Positions 10,871 through 19,450 of a stretch of 64,000 nt of DNA are shown here, piece by piece. Position 1 is the stretch's first letter, and each line of letters starts with the position of its first letter. Under the pieces are notes generated by a model. The model made no database searches and was not told where the DNA came from. It was given only the letters and a program-made list of their open reading frames with translations. A program made the position numbers and the translations under genes. The stretch is taken from NCBI GenBank assembly GCA_963803995.1, contig CAWDOT010000004.1, positions 91,093 to 155,092 of the forward strand. Reading direction: 5' to 3'. The DNA is from an uncultured Acidobacteriota bacterium. GTDB taxonomy: Bacteria; Acidobacteriota; Thermoanaerobaculia; Multivoradales; JAGPDF01.

Positions 10871-11006
10871 AGCGCGTTCTCCGCGCCCGCGCGCCGCGCG
10901 CCGGAAGCCGGCATCCCCATGACCGCCGTCATAGGACCGGATCGGTCCCGATTCCCAGAATGCCTCCACACCGCGGCCCGGCAGCGCGGATCCCAAAGGA
11001 GGCTCC

Positions 11007-11168
11007 ATGGCCAGTCCCCCGTCCCCGGATGAGACCCCGCCCCTCGGCCAGCGTCTCTTCGACCGCCCCTTCCTGTTGCTCGCGGCCGGCCTGCTGGTGA
11101 TGTTCGGTTTCTACACGATCTGGGGTCTGCTCGAGATCTCCTCGCTGCCGGTCGGGAAGCTGCCATGA
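11007..11168 (+). CDS. Small single-TM protein preceding oxidase subunit II (possible subunit IIa-like component)
   Basis: AAGGAGG lies just upstream of ATG 11007. 53 aa (MASPPSPDETPPLGQRLFDRPFLLLAAGLLVMFGFYTIWGLLEISSLPVGKLP) with one hydrophobic helix. Its stop overlaps the next start (ATGA). It is not in the supplied ORF track because it is short. Confidence 0.5.
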   Translation: MASPPSPDETPPLGQRLFDRPFLLLAAGLLVMFGFYTIWGLLEISSLPVGKLP

Positions 11169-11755
11169 GCGCGGGCCATTCGTTGCACTCCGGCGTGGTC
11201 GCGCCGCGCGGCGTCTGGTGGACGCCGGCGGGCCGCCAGGAGCGGCTCTGGATCGCGATCGCCTTCTGCTGGTGCCTGGTGCTCTTCGCGATGATGCCCT
11301 TCTGGCACCTGAAGGGGGGCCAGAACCCGTCGGGCATCCGCAGCACGGTCGAGCCGAAGGACTTCGTCGCGCGCACCTTCCGCTTCGTCGAGGACTACAA
11401 GGTCGGCGAGGAGAACGGCATGCCGGTGGTGGCGCCGCCCGCCGGGGCCGACGTCTACCTGCTCGCCCAGATGTGGCGCTGGTACCCGGCGCTGCGCCTG
11501 CAGGAGGGCGTCACCTACACGCTCCACCTCTCCGCGATCGACGTCAACCACGGCTTCAGCCTCTATCCGGCGAACCTGAACATCCAGGTCATCCCGGGCT
11601 ACGACTACGGACTGCGCATCACCCCCAACCAGCCCGGCGAGTACCGGATCGTCTGCAACGAGTTCTGCGGCATCGGTCACCACCAGATGCTCGGCTCGAT
11701 CGTCGTCGAGCCCGCGCAGAAGGTCGCCGCGCTCTCCCCGGAGGCCCCGCGATGA
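11165..11755 (+). CDS. Heme-copper oxidase subunit II, cupredoxin domain with complete CuA site, no cytochrome c domain
   Basis: N-terminal TM helix. CuA ligand pattern: HGFS ... CNEFCGIGHHQM. ATGA overlap with subunit I. Confidence 0.8.
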   Translation: MSAGHSLHSGVVAPRGVWWTPAGRQERLWIAIAFCWCLVLFAMMPFWHLKGGQNPSGIRSTVEPKDFVARTFRFVEDYKVGEENGMPVVAPPAGADVYLLAQMWRWYPALRLQEGVTYTLHLSAIDVNHGFSLYPANLNIQVIPGYDYGLRITPNQPGEYRIVCNEFCGIGHHQMLGSIVVEPAQKVAALSPEAPR

Positions 11756-13526
11756 GCACCGTGGCCCAGACTCTCCCCGGCGCCGCCGGACCCGCGCCGG
11801 CCAATCTGTTCTGGCGCGCCCTCGCCCGCACCTGTCCGGTCACCGGGCTGGTCGTCAACCGCGACAGCGAGCGCCTGGTCCGCTTCAACGCGGTCGCCGG
11901 CGTCGTCTTCTTCCTGGTCGGCGGCGATCGCCGCGCTGCTGCTCGCGCTCACCCGCTGGCAGGCGGTCCATCTGCTCGCGCCGATCTGGTACTACCGCAT
12001 GCTGACGCTGCACGGCCTCAACATGCTGATCTTCTTGATCATCTTCTTCGAGATGGCGATCCTCTACTTCGCCGGACCGATCCTGCTCGGAGCGCGACAA
12101 CCGGCTCCGAAGACCGCCTGGGCCGGCTTCGGCCTGATGGTCGCCGGGGCCCTGATCGTCGACTTCGTCGTCTTCTGGGGCCGCGCGGACGTGCTGTTCA
12201 CCTCCTACGTGCCGCTCCAGGCCCACCCGCTCTACTACCTCGGCATCATCCTGTTCGCGGTCGGCGCGCTGATCGCGACGCTGCATCTTCTTCGCCACGA
12301 TGTACGTCGCGAAGCGCGAGAAGACCTACGAGGGCTCGGTGCCGCTGGTCACCTTCGGCGCGCTGACCGCCGCGATCATCGCGGTGATCACGCTGCTGCA
12401 CGGCGCGGCCATCTACATCCCGACCTTCCTCTGGTCGCTCGACCTGATCGAAGGTCGACCCGCAGGTCTACCGCCTCGTCTTCTGGGGCCTCGGCCACTC
12501 GTCGCAGCAGATCAACGTCGCGGCGATGGTCTCGGTCTGGTACCTGCTGGGCGCGCTCACCGTCGGCGCCGTGGTGGTCAACCAGAAGGTCAGTCGCTGG
12601 GCGTTCGTGCTCTACATCCTGTTCATCTCGATGGCCTCGGCGCACCATCTGCTGGTCGACCCCGGCGTGGGCCCGGCCTGGAAGGTCTGGAACACCAGCT
12701 ACGCGATGTACCTCGCGGTGCTCGCCTCGATGATCCACGGCTTCACGGTGCCGGCGCGGCATCGAGATGGGCATGCGGCTGCGCGGCTTCGTGCGCGGCC
12801 GCTTCGAGCTGGCTGCGCCGCGCGCCCTGGTCGGACCCCGGCTTCTCCGGGATCTTCCTGTCGCTGGTCATCTTCGGCTTCATCGGCGGCATCACCGGCG
12901 TCACCCTGGGCACCGAGCAGATCAACATCATCGTCCACAACACGCTGCGCGTGCCGGGCCACTTCCACGTCACCGTGGTCGGCGGCACGGCGCTGTCGTT
13001 CATGGCGCTCACCTACTACCTGATCCCGCTGATCTTCCGGAAGCGGGTGGCGTTCTGGGGCGCGGCGAAGTGGCAGCCCTGGCTGTTCGGCTTCGGCATC
13101 GCGCTGCTGTCGATGAGCATGACCTTCGCCGGCAGCTTCGGCGTGCCCCGCCGCCACGCCGACATCACCTTCCCCAACGCGCCCTTCACGCTCGAGTTCC
13201 CACCGGTGGTCGACCTGCTCATGGCCGGCATCGGCATCGGCGGCACGATCGCCGCGGTCGCCGTGCTCCTCTACATCGCGATCGCGGTCAAGTCGGTCTT
13301 CTTCGGCGAGGCGCTCGATCTCGAGCAGCTCGCGCCCGGCGAGCGGGGCGTGCCGCAGGGCATCGTCCGCCTGCCGCCGCAGACCCACGCGGTCGAGACC
13401 TCCGAGGCCGCGCACGCGTCGGGCGCTCCGGGCACCGTGGTCCTCGTCTTCGTCTTCCTGGCGGTCTTCATCCTCTACTACTTCACCAACTGGAAGGTGC
13501 TGTCGATGATCTGGAAGATGGGATGA
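11752..13526 (+). pseudogene. Heme-copper oxidase subunit I, B-family (ba3)-like but lacking the cross-link Tyr; 5 frame switches (about 11925, 12285, 12455, 12750, 12800) as assembled
   Basis: Stitched pieces: ...IWYYRMLTLHGLNMLIFLIIFFEMAILYFAG..., FFATMYVAKREKTYEGSVPLVTFGAL..., VDPQVYRLVFWGLGHSSQQINVAAMVSVWYLL, SAHHLLVDPGVGPAWKVWN, NTLRVPGHFHVTVVGG. The heme and CuB His ligands are recognisable. Confidence 0.8.
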
Positions 13527-14476
13527 GCGGAGGGGTCATGGGCGCCACCGCAACGCTCGCGCATCCGGATTTCGGTCGCCCTTCGCGGTTCGCCGCTTTC
13601 GGTTTCCTGGGCTGGCTCACCGGCACGGTCGCCTGGTGGGCCCTCGCCCTGGCTCCCCTCCCCGCCCCGCCGGAATGGCTCGACCGAGCGCGCGCCGTCT
13701 GCTTCGGCTCGCCGCCCGGCGGCCTGCCCGACACCTGGGGCTGGATGCTCCTCGCCCTCGGCCCGCTCTCGCTGCTGGCCTTCCTCGCCGCGGTCTGGGG
13801 CCGGGACCTCCTGGCGTGGGCGCGGCGCCTCGCCGGCACCGTGCCGGGAGCCTTCCTGCTCGGCGCGGTCGCCCTGCCGCCGCTGCTGGCCGCGGGGTGG
13901 CTCGCCGAGCGCTCCGCGGCGATCGAGCGTGCGGCCGCCGGACCGGTGGCGCTCTCCGCCGTCGAAGGGGAGCGGCTGCCCGACACCTACCCGCGCTCCG
14001 CCGATCCCGCGCCGCCGATCCGCCTCGTCGACCAGAGCGGAGCGCGGCTCGACCCCGCCTCGCTCGCCGGCCGGCCGGCGCTGGTCACCTTCGCCTACGC
14101 GCACTGCCGCACCGTCTGTCCGGGGCTGGTCAACGCGGTCAAGAGCGCGTCGGAGGCGCTGGGAACGCGAACCTCGACGCTCGTCGTGACGCTCGACCCC
14201 TGGCGCGACACGCCGTCGGCCCTGCCCGGCCTCGCCCGGGCCTGGAACCTCGACGGCCCCGGCAGCCACCTGCTCTCCGGCGAGATCGACGAGGTCGTCG
14301 CCGTGCAGGCCGCCTACGGCCTCGGCTCGGTGCGCGACGAATCGACCGGGGAGATCACCCATCCGGGTCTGGTCTTCGTGCTCGACGGCGAGGGGCGCAT
14401 CGCCTACCGCTTCCTCAACCCGCCGGCGAGCTGGCTGGTGGACGCCGTCGCGCGGCTCGAACGGGAGCGCGCGTGA
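13523..14476 (+). CDS. SCO1/SenC-family copper chaperone (thioredoxin fold) with N-terminal membrane domain
   Basis: ATGA overlap with subunit I. CxxxCP motif in context (VTFAYAHCRTVCPG) and a downstream His (EITHPG) typical of SCO proteins. Confidence 0.75.
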   Translation: MSGGVMGATATLAHPDFGRPSRFAAFGFLGWLTGTVAWWALALAPLPAPPEWLDRARAVCFGSPPGGLPDTWGWMLLALGPLSLLAFLAAVWGRDLLAWARRLAGTVPGAFLLGAVALPPLLAAGWLAERSAAIERAAAGPVALSAVEGERLPDTYPRSADPAPPIRLVDQSGARLDPASLAGRPALVTFAYAHCRTVCPGLVNAVKSASEALGTRTSTLVVTLDPWRDTPSALPGLARAWNLDGPGSHLLSGEIDEVVAVQAAYGLGSVRDESTGEITHPGLVFVLDGEGRIAYRFLNPPASWLVDAVARLERERA

Positions 14477-16107
14477 CCTCGAGCCCGGCGGGCACCCCGC
14501 ACCCGCCCGCCGGGACCGCTCCGGCCGGGCCGCCGCGCGCCGCGCGTCTGCTCGCCGCCCTCTTCGATCCGCTCGACCGCCTGTTCGACCGGCTCTACGG
14601 CTCGCGCTGGAACCCGCTCCACCAGAGCGGGAACCTCGCGGTGCTCTTCTTCTTCGTGCTCCTCGCGACCGGCGTCTATCTCTTCCTCTTCTACCGGATC
14701 GCGGCGCCCTACGACTCGGTGGTCCGGATCGAGAACGGGATCTTCCTCGGCTCCTGGGTGCGCTCGCTGCACCGCCTGAGCGCCGACCTCGCGCTGCTCG
14801 CCGTGGCCGTCCACGTGCTGCGCAAGCTCCTGCAGGGGCATACCTACGGCCCGCGCGTCCTCGCCTGGGCGAGCGGCGTCGTGCTGCTCGGGGTGGTCTT
14901 CCTGTCGGGCTGGACCGGACTGGTGATGGTGTGGGACGTCCAGGGGCAGCGCGTCGCGCAGGAGGGCGCGCGCCTGATCGATCTCGCGCCGATCCTCTCG
15001 CAGCCGCTGTCGCGCTCGTTCGACGGCGAGAGCGCCGTGCCCTCGTCGTTCTTCTTCATGAACCTCTTCCTGCACGTGGCGCTGCCGCTCGGCCTCGCCG
15101 CCCTGCTCTGGCTCCACACCTCGCGCGTGGCGCGCCCGGCCTGGCTGCCACCGCCGACGCTGCGCCGCTTCGCGCTGCTCGCGCTCGGGGTCGCCGCCGC
15201 GCTCGTGCCGGCGGGGCTCGCGCCGCGCGCCGACCTGCTCGCGCTGCCCGGCGAGGTGCCCACCGATCTGCTCTACGTCTTCTGGCTGCCGGCCGCGGCG
15301 AAGCTGCCGCCGCTCGCCCATCTCGGCCTCTGGGCGGCGGGCTTCGCGCTGCTCTTCGCGATGCCGAAGCTCTGGCGCCCGCGGCGCGGCATCCGCCCTT
15401 CGCGCGTCGACCCCGACCGCTGCACCGGCTGCGAGAGCTGCTTCCAGGATTGCCCCTACGAAGCGATCTCGATGGTGCCGCGCACGGTCGGCATCGCGCG
15501 CTCGGAGAAGGTCGCGCTGGTCGACCCCGCGCGCTGCGTCGGCTGCGGCATCTGCGCCGCCTCGTGCGCGCCGATGGGCGTGGGGCCGGCGGGCTGGACC
15601 GGCAGGGACCAGCTCGCCGAAGCGCGCGCCTGGCTCGAATCGCTCGCACCCACCGGCCGCGAGGTGCTCGTCCTCGGCTGCCGCAACGGCCTCGCCGGCC
15701 GACCCGCCCTGCTCGAGAGCGCGGGCGTGGCGGTGCGCCCGACCTCCTGCGCCGGCTCCCTCCATACCTCGGTGATCGAGCTGCTTCTGCGCGCCGGAGT
15801 CGGCGGCGTCTACCTGCTCACTTGTCCGCCGCGCAACTGCCTCTACCGCGAGGGACCGAAGTGGCTCGCGGCGCGCGTCCACGACGGGCGCGACGCCGGG
15901 CTCCAGCCGCGTGTCGACCGGCGCCGGCTGGCGCTCGGCTCCTGGTCGGTCGGGGAAGCGACCGCCGCGCGCGCCGACGTCGCGGCGCTGCTCGCGGGAG
16001 TGCGCGCGCTGGCGCCGGCGGCCGAAGACAACCTGGACCTGGTCGCAGCCTGCGACCGGCTGGCGCGGGAGGAGCAGGACGAGCACGAGGTGGCCGCCCT
16101 TGGCTGA
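14473..16107 (+). CDS. Fusion protein: di-heme cytochrome b (N-terminal, membrane) + 2x[4Fe-4S] ferredoxin domain + MvhD/FlpD-like domain
   Basis: GTGA overlap with SCO1. There are two His pairs spaced 14 apart in TM helices (HRLSADLALLAVAVH and HVALPLGLAALLWLH). Then CTGCESCFQDCP and CVGCGICAASCAP. The C-terminal block is VLVLGCRNG...TSCAGSLHTSVIELLLRAGVGGVYLLTCPPRNCLYREGPKW. 544 aa, uninterrupted. Confidence 0.65.
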   Translation: MTSSPAGTPHPPAGTAPAGPPRAARLLAALFDPLDRLFDRLYGSRWNPLHQSGNLAVLFFFVLLATGVYLFLFYRIAAPYDSVVRIENGIFLGSWVRSLHRLSADLALLAVAVHVLRKLLQGHTYGPRVLAWASGVVLLGVVFLSGWTGLVMVWDVQGQRVAQEGARLIDLAPILSQPLSRSFDGESAVPSSFFFMNLFLHVALPLGLAALLWLHTSRVARPAWLPPPTLRRFALLALGVAAALVPAGLAPRADLLALPGEVPTDLLYVFWLPAAAKLPPLAHLGLWAAGFALLFAMPKLWRPRRGIRPSRVDPDRCTGCESCFQDCPYEAISMVPRTVGIARSEKVALVDPARCVGCGICAASCAPMGVGPAGWTGRDQLAEARAWLESLAPTGREVLVLGCRNGLAGRPALLESAGVAVRPTSCAGSLHTSVIELLLRAGVGGVYLLTCPPRNCLYREGPKWLAARVHDGRDAGLQPRVDRRRLALGSWSVGEATAARADVAALLAGVRALAPAAEDNLDLVAACDRLAREEQDEHEVAALG

Positions 16108-16672
16108 CACGAATCCGGCCGCCGCGCGCCTCCGCTCGCTGCCGCGCCTCCTGCTGCAGGCGATCGCTCCGGTCGCGCTGATGGCCGCGACGGCGCTTCT
16201 GGCGCGCGCGCCGACCGGGACGCCGGCGACCGGCAGCGAGCTGCGCGTCGCGCTCTCGACTGCCCACGGCCGGATCGAGATCTGCCGCACGCCGAGCGAG
16301 CAGGAGCTCGCCGCGCTCCCCGCCCACATGCGAGCCCGGCGGATCTGCGAGGAGACCGCTCCCGACTACCTGCTGAAGATCGCCATCGACGGCGAGCCCC
16401 GCCTCGACCGGCGCATCGTCCCCCAGGGTGTGCGCAGGACCCGCCCGCTGGCGATCGACGCCGCGCTGCGCCTCCCCGCCGGCACCCACCGGGTCGAGAT
16501 CGAGCTCGCCCCGGCGCCCCTCGAGGTCGCCCTCGAAGGCGAAGCCGCGGAGGCCTTCGAACACCTCCCGGCCGCGAGCTTCGACCGACGCCTCGACTTC
16601 GAGCCCGGCCGCATCCTCCTCGTCACCCTCGGCGAGAACGGCGAGCTCCACCCGGTCACCGCGCCGCGCTGA
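16100..16672 (+). CDS. Hypothetical protein, last gene of the oxidase operon (start uncertain; TTG 16100 overlaps upstream stop)
   Basis: Open frame with coding-like composition, translationally coupled position and an N-terminal hydrophobic stretch (LLLQAIAPVALMAATALLA). I recognise no family. Confidence 0.4.
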   Translation: MADTNPAAARLRSLPRLLLQAIAPVALMAATALLARAPTGTPATGSELRVALSTAHGRIEICRTPSEQELAALPAHMRARRICEETAPDYLLKIAIDGEPRLDRRIVPQGVRRTRPLAIDAALRLPAGTHRVEIELAPAPLEVALEGEAAEAFEHLPAASFDRRLDFEPGRILLVTLGENGELHPVTAPR

Positions 16673-16735
16673 GCTGCGCAACCCGGCCAGCCTGCCGAAG
16701 CGACCCAGACGAAGGAGCGCCAATACCAGAATTAC

Positions 16736-16964
16736 AGGATAGAAAGAGGAAATAAGAACAGCAGAAACAGCCCATAGAAGGGCTGGAAGCCGAGGCAGCC
16801 GAGGCCAGTGCCAGCCAGCCGTGGTGGCGGGAGTCACCCACTTCCTTCTCTGGAGCTTCTGGCTTCGCCCGCCACACCTGGGTCGCAGCGGTCAGGGCTG
16901 AACGGCGAGGGGAAGCAGGCGCCGACCAACCAGGGTCGCGGCCCCCACCTACTCTCTTCTATGG
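16736..16964 (+). repeat. Polypurine-tract + long-range inverted-repeat intergenic element, copy 1 of 3
   Basis: Purine-rich AGGATAGAAAGAGGAAATAAGAACAGCAGAAACAG (16736-16770), then CCCATAGAAGGG (16771-16782). The complementary CTTCTATGG lies at 16956-16964. The interior contains a second TTCTCTGGAGCTTCT box similar to the 3' end TTCTATGGAGCTTCT. Confidence 0.8.
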
Positions 16965-17006
16965 AGCTTCTCGACGCCGCCGCCACGGATGCCGGGCAAG
17001 CAGGAA

Positions 17007-17036
17007 CCGGCCCGCGGCTGCTGGCCGCGGGCCGAG
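17007..17036. terminator. GC-rich hairpin between convergent genes (possible bidirectional terminator; no U-tract)
   Basis: CGGCCCGCGGC-TGCTG-GCCGCGGGCCG, an 11-bp perfect stem about 20 nt beyond the mltF-like stop. Confidence 0.35.
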
Positions 17037-17056
17037 GGCCAGCGGCGGAAGCGAGC

Positions 17057-18622
17057 CTAGTTGGCGCCGGTCTGGACCGCCTTCTTCGCCGCCTCGCGCC
17101 GCGCGTTCTCCTCGGTGATCAGCTTGTAGGCGATGTAGTACTTGTAGATGTTGGACACGTAGGTCACGGTCTCCCGCCCGATGCGCTCGGAGGCGATCTG
17201 CTCGACGTTGCCGAACCAGACGTTGGGGTCGAGCCCCCGCTTCTCCGCTTCCTTGCGCAGCTGGCGGATCCTGGCCGGTCCGGCGTTGTAGGAGGCGAAG
17301 GCGAACAGGCCCCTGTTCAGCTTGTCCATCGGCTCGTCCGCGTAGTACTTGTCGATCATGAACCGGATGTACTTCACTCCGGCGTGGATGTTGTTCTCGG
17401 TCTGCCGGATGTCGCCGACATTCAGCTCTTTGCCGGTGGCCGGCATCACCTGCATGACGCCGATCGCGCCGACCTTGCTCTTCGCGTTCTGGTCGAGCCC
17501 CGACTCCTGATAGCCCTGCGCCGCCATGAGCAGGTAGTCCATCTGGTACTGGTCGCTGTACTTCTTGAAGAACTCGGCCAGCTGCATCAGCTTCTTCCGC
17601 TCCGCTTCGGAGGTCGCCTGCTTCGCGTACTTCGTGTCGGCCAGGTAGCGCTTCAGGATCACGTTGCCCATCGCGGTCCCCAGCCCGTTCTTCGCGAGGA
17701 ATGCGTTGAGCTCGGCGGCGAGCTTCGGGCTGTTCTTCCGGAAGGGCACGGCGAGCGTGGCGCCCGTGCGCACCGCCACCGTCTCGTGGACGGTGAGGTC
17801 GGTGAAGATCTGCTTCCAGAACGCCGCCAGATAGTCGTGGACGACCATCACCGGGATGATGCCGGCGTTGGCCATCTCGAGCAGGTCGTCGTCCTCGAGG
17901 TTGCCGGGAACTTCGCGGAGGACGGCGGGCGCCAGGCCCTTCGCCTCGAGCTTGCCGTTCAGGTCGACGATGTCCAGCCAGGCGCTGCTGTCCTTGCGCG
18001 CGTAGACGTCCTTGCCGGACAGGTCGTCCACGGAGGAGATCGCCGGGCCCCCGGGGCCGGTCACGACCACCTCGGAGACGTTTGCGCGCGTGGGCTTGCT
18101 GAAGTCCACGATCGCCTCGAGATCCGGCCGGACGATGACCTGGGCCACCACGAAATCGACCCTGCCCTGGGTCAACGCCACCCCCATCATGTCGCGCGGG
18201 AGCGGCACGAAGACCACGTTGACCTTCTCTGCGGGCTTGGTCTTGAGCTTCTTGTTGAGGAAGTCCTCGAAGGCCACGCCCATCTCGTAGGCCATGCCGC
18301 GCTGAACGCCCTTGTCCACGAAGTAAAAGGTCCGGTTGGCGGCGACTCCCACGCGGATGATCCGGCGCTTCACCATCTGGTCCAGATCGCCGAAGAAGGG
18401 CTCGGCGAGGTGCGCGCGCAGGGGCTCGGGCAGCCCGGTCTCGAAGGCAGGTGGCGGCAGTGGCTCGTCCGCGCCGTCGGCCGGAACGGAGGCGGCGACG
18501 GACCCCGGAGCGGGAGTCTCCGCCGGCTTGCCACCGCAGCCGAGCAGCGTGAAGGCCAGGCTCAAGAGCGCAAACGCTCCCGGCAGACCGGGGGACCAGA
18601 GGAATCCGAACCGTCTCGACAT
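17057..18622 (-). CDS. mltF: Membrane-bound lytic murein transglycosylase F-like lipoprotein (periplasmic solute-binding domain + SLT domain)
   Basis: Lipobox LLGC. The N-terminal half is family-3 SBP-like (IIRVGVAANRTFYFVDKG...). The SLT catalytic block is AAQGYQESGLDQNAKSKVGAIGVMQVMPATG. 521 aa, uninterrupted. Confidence 0.75.
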   Translation of the reverse strand: MSRRFGFLWSPGLPGAFALLSLAFTLLGCGGKPAETPAPGSVAASVPADGADEPLPPPAFETGLPEPLRAHLAEPFFGDLDQMVKRRIIRVGVAANRTFYFVDKGVQRGMAYEMGVAFEDFLNKKLKTKPAEKVNVVFVPLPRDMMGVALTQGRVDFVVAQVIVRPDLEAIVDFSKPTRANVSEVVVTGPGGPAISSVDDLSGKDVYARKDSSAWLDIVDLNGKLEAKGLAPAVLREVPGNLEDDDLLEMANAGIIPVMVVHDYLAAFWKQIFTDLTVHETVAVRTGATLAVPFRKNSPKLAAELNAFLAKNGLGTAMGNVILKRYLADTKYAKQATSEAERKKLMQLAEFFKKYSDQYQMDYLLMAAQGYQESGLDQNAKSKVGAIGVMQVMPATGKELNVGDIRQTENNIHAGVKYIRFMIDKYYADEPMDKLNRGLFAFASYNAGPARIRQLRKEAEKRGLDPNVWFGNVEQIASERIGRETVTYVSNIYKYYIAYKLITEENARREAAKKAVQTGAN

Positions 18623-18770
18623 GGGGCTTCTCCTCGGTGGAGAGGGTATTACGTTTTGTCGCACGCCCCGAATCCGCGGCCGGAGCCGAAACGAGCCATC
18701 CACGGTGCGCCAATCAGGAGTAGACTCTCCTTGGCCGCGCGGGCTCCTGTTCGCGCGGTGCTTCCCAGCT

Positions 18771-18798
18771 AGCCCGCCGCCAGGCGGGCTCTTTTTTT
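18771..18798 (+). terminator. Rho-independent terminator-like hairpin + T7 tract in a divergent intergenic region
   Basis: AGCCCGCC-GCCA-GGCGGGCT followed by CTTTTTTT. It is oriented for the + strand, but no + strand CDS lies upstream. Confidence 0.6.
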
Positions 18799-18833
18799 CT
18801 GGGCCGCACATTCGCGACCGCAGCGGGCGCGGG

Positions 18834-19241
18834 ATGGCGGTCGTGGCCGAGTCCCGGGGGCGCGTGGTCGAGCTGCGGGTCGCGCGAGAGACTTGCCCTC
18901 TGGACGGCGAGACCCTCCGCGCCGCGCGCTACGATGAACGCGCCGGAGGACACATGGCCCCCCGCTACTACATCAAGGACGCCGACGCGATCTACCGGCG
19001 CGTCGACGGCAGGGACATCTGGGATCACGTCGACGGCGAGCCGCCCGACGAAGTCCTCACCCATTCGGGCTGGAAGCACCTCTACGTCGCGCTCGCCTGC
19101 CCGCCGGATCCGATCTCGGGAAAACAGGGCAGCGTCGGCGGCGGTCCCGATCCCGAGCTGCTCTTCCGGCTCCAGAACGTCGACGAGGCCGAAGCCCGCC
19201 GCTTCGCCGCCGAGCTCAACCTGCCGCTCGCCGGCTGGTAG
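18834..19241 (+). CDS. Hypothetical protein (135 aa)
   Basis: ATG at 18834, with coding-like composition (…YYIKDADAIYRRVDGRDIWDHVDGEPPDEVLTHSGWKHLYVALACPPDP…). I recognise no family. Confidence 0.45.
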   Translation: MAVVAESRGRVVELRVARETCPLDGETLRAARYDERAGGHMAPRYYIKDADAIYRRVDGRDIWDHVDGEPPDEVLTHSGWKHLYVALACPPDPISGKQGSVGGGPDPELLFRLQNVDEAEARRFAAELNLPLAGW

Positions 19242-19328
19242 CCGCACAGTTTCGGCCCGAGAGTTGCCTCCGCTTTACGCCCGCGGCCTTCCGAGCCCCT
19301 TTCGGCTCTCGTAACGTGTTGATTCCAA

Positions 19329-19405
19329 TGGTACCCCCGACGGGATTCGAACCCGTGTTTGCGCCTTGAAAGGGCGATGTCCTGACCGGGCTAGACGACG
19401 GGGGC
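19329..19405 (-). tRNA. tRNA-Glu (anticodon UUC), CCA encoded
   Basis: The reverse complement reads GCCCCCGTCGTCTAGCCCGGTCAGGACATCGCCCTTTCAAGGCGCAAACACGGGTTCGAATCCCGTCGGGGGTACCA. It has a cloverleaf with a GGTTCGAATCC T-arm and a CTTTCAA anticodon loop. Confidence 0.9.
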
Positions 19406-19450
19406 GTACGGTGGTGCTTGGTGCGTGCTACGTCCTGCGGTGATGGTCGG

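Noticed and set aside
16673-16777. TGA read-through or programmed frameshift extending the upstream genes into the purine tracts (in frame in copy 1, +1 in copy 2).
   Set aside because: The frame relation is not conserved across copies. Copy 3 is 110 nt from the nearest stop with no continuous frame. No slippery or stimulatory context was recognised.
18640-18798. Assignment of the candidate RNA to SRP (4.5S), 6S, tmRNA or a named riboswitch.
   Set aside because: I could not find the conserved SRP domain IV sequence, the tmRNA or RNase P signatures, or any riboswitch core that I can recall reliably. It is left as an unnamed candidate.
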